A DNA stretch of 10,297 bases from Campylobacterota bacterium (GTDB lineage: Bacteria > Campylobacterota > Campylobacteria > Campylobacterales > Sulfurimonadaceae), in NCBI GenBank assembly GCA_034661055.1, contig JAYEKO010000068.1, positions 1 to 10,297 on the forward strand, in the 5' to 3' direction. Below the pieces are notes generated by a model that worked only from the letters and a program-made list of their open reading frames with translations, made no database searches and was not told where the DNA came from. Below, piece by piece: positions 8,278 to 10,297 of this stretch (positions within the stretch are counted from its first letter, which is position 1; every line of letters starts with the position of its first letter). The position numbers and the translations under genes were made by a program.

Positions 8278-9282
8278 ATGCTAAAACGTATTGCAGCAGC
8301 TGCTTTAATTACAGCAGTAACAGTAACGTCATCAATTGCAGGTGACAAAATTAACGGTGCCGGTGCATCATTTCCAGCTCCACTCTATTATGACTGGGCA
8401 TTTAACTACCAAAAAAAGACAAAAAACAGAGTTAATTACCAGTCAATTGGTTCTGGCGGCGGAATTAAACAGATTAGCAAGCGTATTGTAAATTTTGGTG
8501 CTTCAGATAAGCCACTAAAATCAAAAGAACTTGCAAAGAAAAAACTGCTTCAATACCCAGCAGTTATTGGTTCTATTGTTATTTCTATTAATATTCCAGG
8601 TGTTGCAGATGAAGCGCTAAAATTAAAGAACAGTGTTGTTGCAGATATCTTTGCAGGTAAAATTACAAAATGGAATGATGCAGCTATTAAAGCAGACAAT
8701 GCAGAGCTGACACTTCCAGATGAAAAAATCATTGTGGTTCACCGTTCAGATGGATCGGGAACAACATATAACTTTACATACTACCTTAGTGGAAGTTCTG
8801 AAAATTGGAAAAACAACTTTGGTACTGGTAAAGCAATTGACTGGGCTGTTGGAATTGGCGGTAAAGGAAATGAGGGTGTTGCTAACTTAGTAAAGCAGAC
8901 TCCTTTTACTATTGGTTACATTGAAAATGCTTATAAAGAGAGAAATAATCTTGCAGCGGCAACACTTCAAACTGCAAGTGGAAAATGGGTAACTGCTCGT
9001 GAAGATCACTTTAAAGCGGCTGCAAAATATGCAAGTTGGACAAAAGAAGATAACTTTTACGCAATGTTAGCACTTCAACCTGGCGATACATCATACCCAA
9101 TTGTTGCAGCAACATTTATTCTGCTCCCAACTGAAAAAGTTGCAATGAATAAAAAAATCAATACATTTTATGACTTTGCTTTTAAAAATGGAGATGCATC
9201 AGCTAAAAAGCTAGGGTATATTCCACTACCTGAAGAGACTAAAAAAATGATTCGTGAGTACTGGGCTACTAACGTTAAATAA
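8278..9282 (+). CDS. pstS: Phosphate ABC transporter periplasmic binding protein
   Basis: Signal peptide followed by GAGASFPAPLY, YQSIGSGGG, FGASD, HRSDGSGTT, GKGNEGV, YPIVAATFIL and LGYIPLP. AAGGG RBS at 8265-8269. Confidence 0.97.
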   Translation: MLKRIAAAALITAVTVTSSIAGDKINGAGASFPAPLYYDWAFNYQKKTKNRVNYQSIGSGGGIKQISKRIVNFGASDKPLKSKELAKKKLLQYPAVIGSIVISINIPGVADEALKLKNSVVADIFAGKITKWNDAAIKADNAELTLPDEKIIVVHRSDGSGTTYNFTYYLSGSSENWKNNFGTGKAIDWAVGIGGKGNEGVANLVKQTPFTIGYIENAYKERNNLAAATLQTASGKWVTAREDHFKAAAKYASWTKEDNFYAMLALQPGDTSYPIVAATFILLPTEKVAMNKKINTFYDFAFKNGDASAKKLGYIPLPEETKKMIREYWATNVK

Positions 9283-9295
9283 ATTTTACTTCATA

Positions 9296-9325
9296 CTACA
9301 TCTCTTTATGAGGTGTAGCTCTTCT
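9296..9325 (+). terminator. Putative intrinsic terminator of pstS
   Basis: CTACATCTC-TTTAT-GAGGTGTAG forms a 9-bp stem (one G-U pair) 13 nt after the stop. It is followed by a weak pyrimidine tract, CTCTTCT. Confidence 0.5.
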
Positions 9326-9405
9326 ACACAATAATTCAAAAATTTTTATCAAAAAGATAGTGTCTGGTACCTTTACGGGCTGATTAATGTAAAAGTGGAT
9401 TTATT

Positions 9406-9444
9406 GCCCCTGTGTGTAATTTAGGGGCTTACTTTTTACTTTTT
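9406..9444. terminator. Putative terminator hairpin between pstS and higA
   Basis: GCCCCT-N11-AGGGGC stem (9406-9428) followed by TTACTTTTTACTTTTT on the plus strand. It lies just downstream of the higA stop on the minus strand. Confidence 0.45.
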
Positions 9445-9733
9445 AGGCAGAAATTTCAAGTTTTTCTACATCATCCAAATTTAACTCTTTGCTCGCCTTG
9501 TACAGACTATAATTATCTTGCATTAATAACCAACTTTGAGACGTTCTTCCAAGTGTTATAGATAGACGTAGTGCCATTTCAGGCGTAAGACTACTTTGAG
9601 TTGAAATAAGACGATTAAGAGTTGATGGTGATACTTTTAACTTTTTAGCTACTTCCCTTTCGCTAATGTCTAGCTCATTAAGATAAACTTCTTTTATAAA
9701 TTCACCAGGATGCGGGGGTTTATGCATAGTCAT
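9443..9733 (-). CDS. higA: HigA-family antitoxin (HTH-XRE)
   Basis: MHKPPHPGEFI, HTH (EREVAKKLKVSPSTLNRLI) and LTPEMALRL...W..MQ..Y. TAATG overlap with the toxin stop, and GAGGA RBS inside the toxin 3' end. Confidence 0.93.
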   Translation of the reverse strand: MTMHKPPHPGEFIKEVYLNELDISEREVAKKLKVSPSTLNRLISTQSSLTPEMALRLSITLGRTSQSWLLMQDNYSLYKASKELNLDDVEKLEISA

Positions 9734-10011
9734 TAGTGATAATCCTCATAATTTACAATATAAACATCTCCATCTTCAAATCGAAATGTTATTCTCCAGT
9801 TTCCACTGATTTTTATTGACCAAACTTCAATTCTATCTCCTTTTAAAGAGTGGAGATTAAAACCTGGCAATCGCAAGTCTTCAATACAAAATGCTGTATC
9901 CAATGCCACTAAACGCATTTTTATCTTTTTTGCATGTTCTGATTGAATACCTTTTGTTGTACCATTTTCATAGAACTTTTGAAGTCCTTTATGTATAAAT
10001 GATTTAATCAT
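9733..10011 (-). CDS. higB: HigB-family (RelE/ParE superfamily) toxin
   Basis: MIKSFIHKGLQKFY, PGFNLHSLKGDR..VWSIKISGNWRITFRF and C-terminal YEDYH. The toxin-first gene order is typical of higBA. Confidence 0.93.
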   Translation of the reverse strand: MIKSFIHKGLQKFYENGTTKGIQSEHAKKIKMRLVALDTAFCIEDLRLPGFNLHSLKGDRIEVWSIKISGNWRITFRFEDGDVYIVNYEDYH

Positions 10012-10016
10012 AAAGT

Positions 10017-10044
10017 ATTATATCACATGTTGCGCAACATGCAA
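10017..10044 (-). promoter_or_regulatory. higBA promoter with palindromic operator
   Basis: Minus strand: -35 TTGCAT (10044..10039), a 16-nt spacer, then TGA-TATAAT extended -10 (hexamer 10022..10017). The perfect palindrome CATGTTGCGCAACATG lies at 10026..10041. Confidence 0.8.
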
Positions 10045-10245
10045 TATTAAAGTATGAGGCGTTGAAAATCTACTATTAATTATTTGAGCAAAAAGCTTTT
10101 GGTTAAGATTCGTTTTATATTTCGTGGGATTTACCTAGCCCCTTTGACCCCTTTTTCCTTGGCATAAGAGTGGTTAAATATATATAAGAGTATCATTGTT
10201 TTAACTATTTAGTTGGTAAATATATTAGACGAAGGATAAGCCACG

Positions 10246-10297
10246 ATGCTCTCAACCATAAAAGGAAAAAGAAATTTTCTTATAATCGCTATTGTCA
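10246..10297 (+). CDS. 5' end of a probable membrane-anchored protein (runs off the window; N-terminus resembles chemoreceptor/sensor proteins)
   Basis: AAGGA RBS at 10232-10236 and ATG at 10246. Reads MLSTIKGKRNFLIIAIV..., a basic patch followed by a hydrophobic stretch, open to the window end. Confidence 0.55.
   Translation, partial: MLSTIKGKRNFLIIAIV

Noticed and set aside
8550..8732. 60-aa ORF on the minus strand
   Set aside because: Antisense shadow of pstS.
10159..10176. TTGGCATAAGAGTGGTT as a sigma54 promoter
   Set aside because: The -24 TGGCA is present, but the -12 position reads GT instead of the essential GC.
9283..10245. Integron attC sites, IS ends, tRNA or CRISPR array around higBA
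   Set aside because: I found no RYYYAAC/GTTRRRY-bounded long hairpin, no terminal inverted repeats beyond a 7-bp AGGGGCT/AGCCCCT match, no cloverleaf and no repeat-spacer periodicity.

Overview
AT-rich bacterial chromosomal segment; the protein style suggests Campylobacterota (Sulfurimonas/Sulfurovum-like), which is an inference. The core is a complete phosphate-starvation locus: phoU-phoB-phoR-pstC-pstA-pstB on the minus strand, with pstS transcribed divergently. To the left are a CCA-adding tRNA nucleotidyltransferase, an orphan TolC-family outer-membrane protein and the start of a secreted-protein gene. To the right are a higBA toxin-antitoxin module and the start of a probable membrane-anchored protein gene. 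The gene families are all known, and I do not see a wholly new system. The best unannotated signal is regulatory. Three copies of a 16-bp box, GTAAY-CTWACT-GTWAY, each lie exactly 10 nt upstream of a TA(C/G)AAT -10 hexamer, in front of pstS, phoU and pstC, and define a candidate lineage-specific Pho box. Also notable are a probably leaderless higB transcript with a perfect 16-bp palindromic operator, a degenerate HD domain in the CCA enzyme, and a half-degenerate PhoU paired with a PAS-less PhoR.
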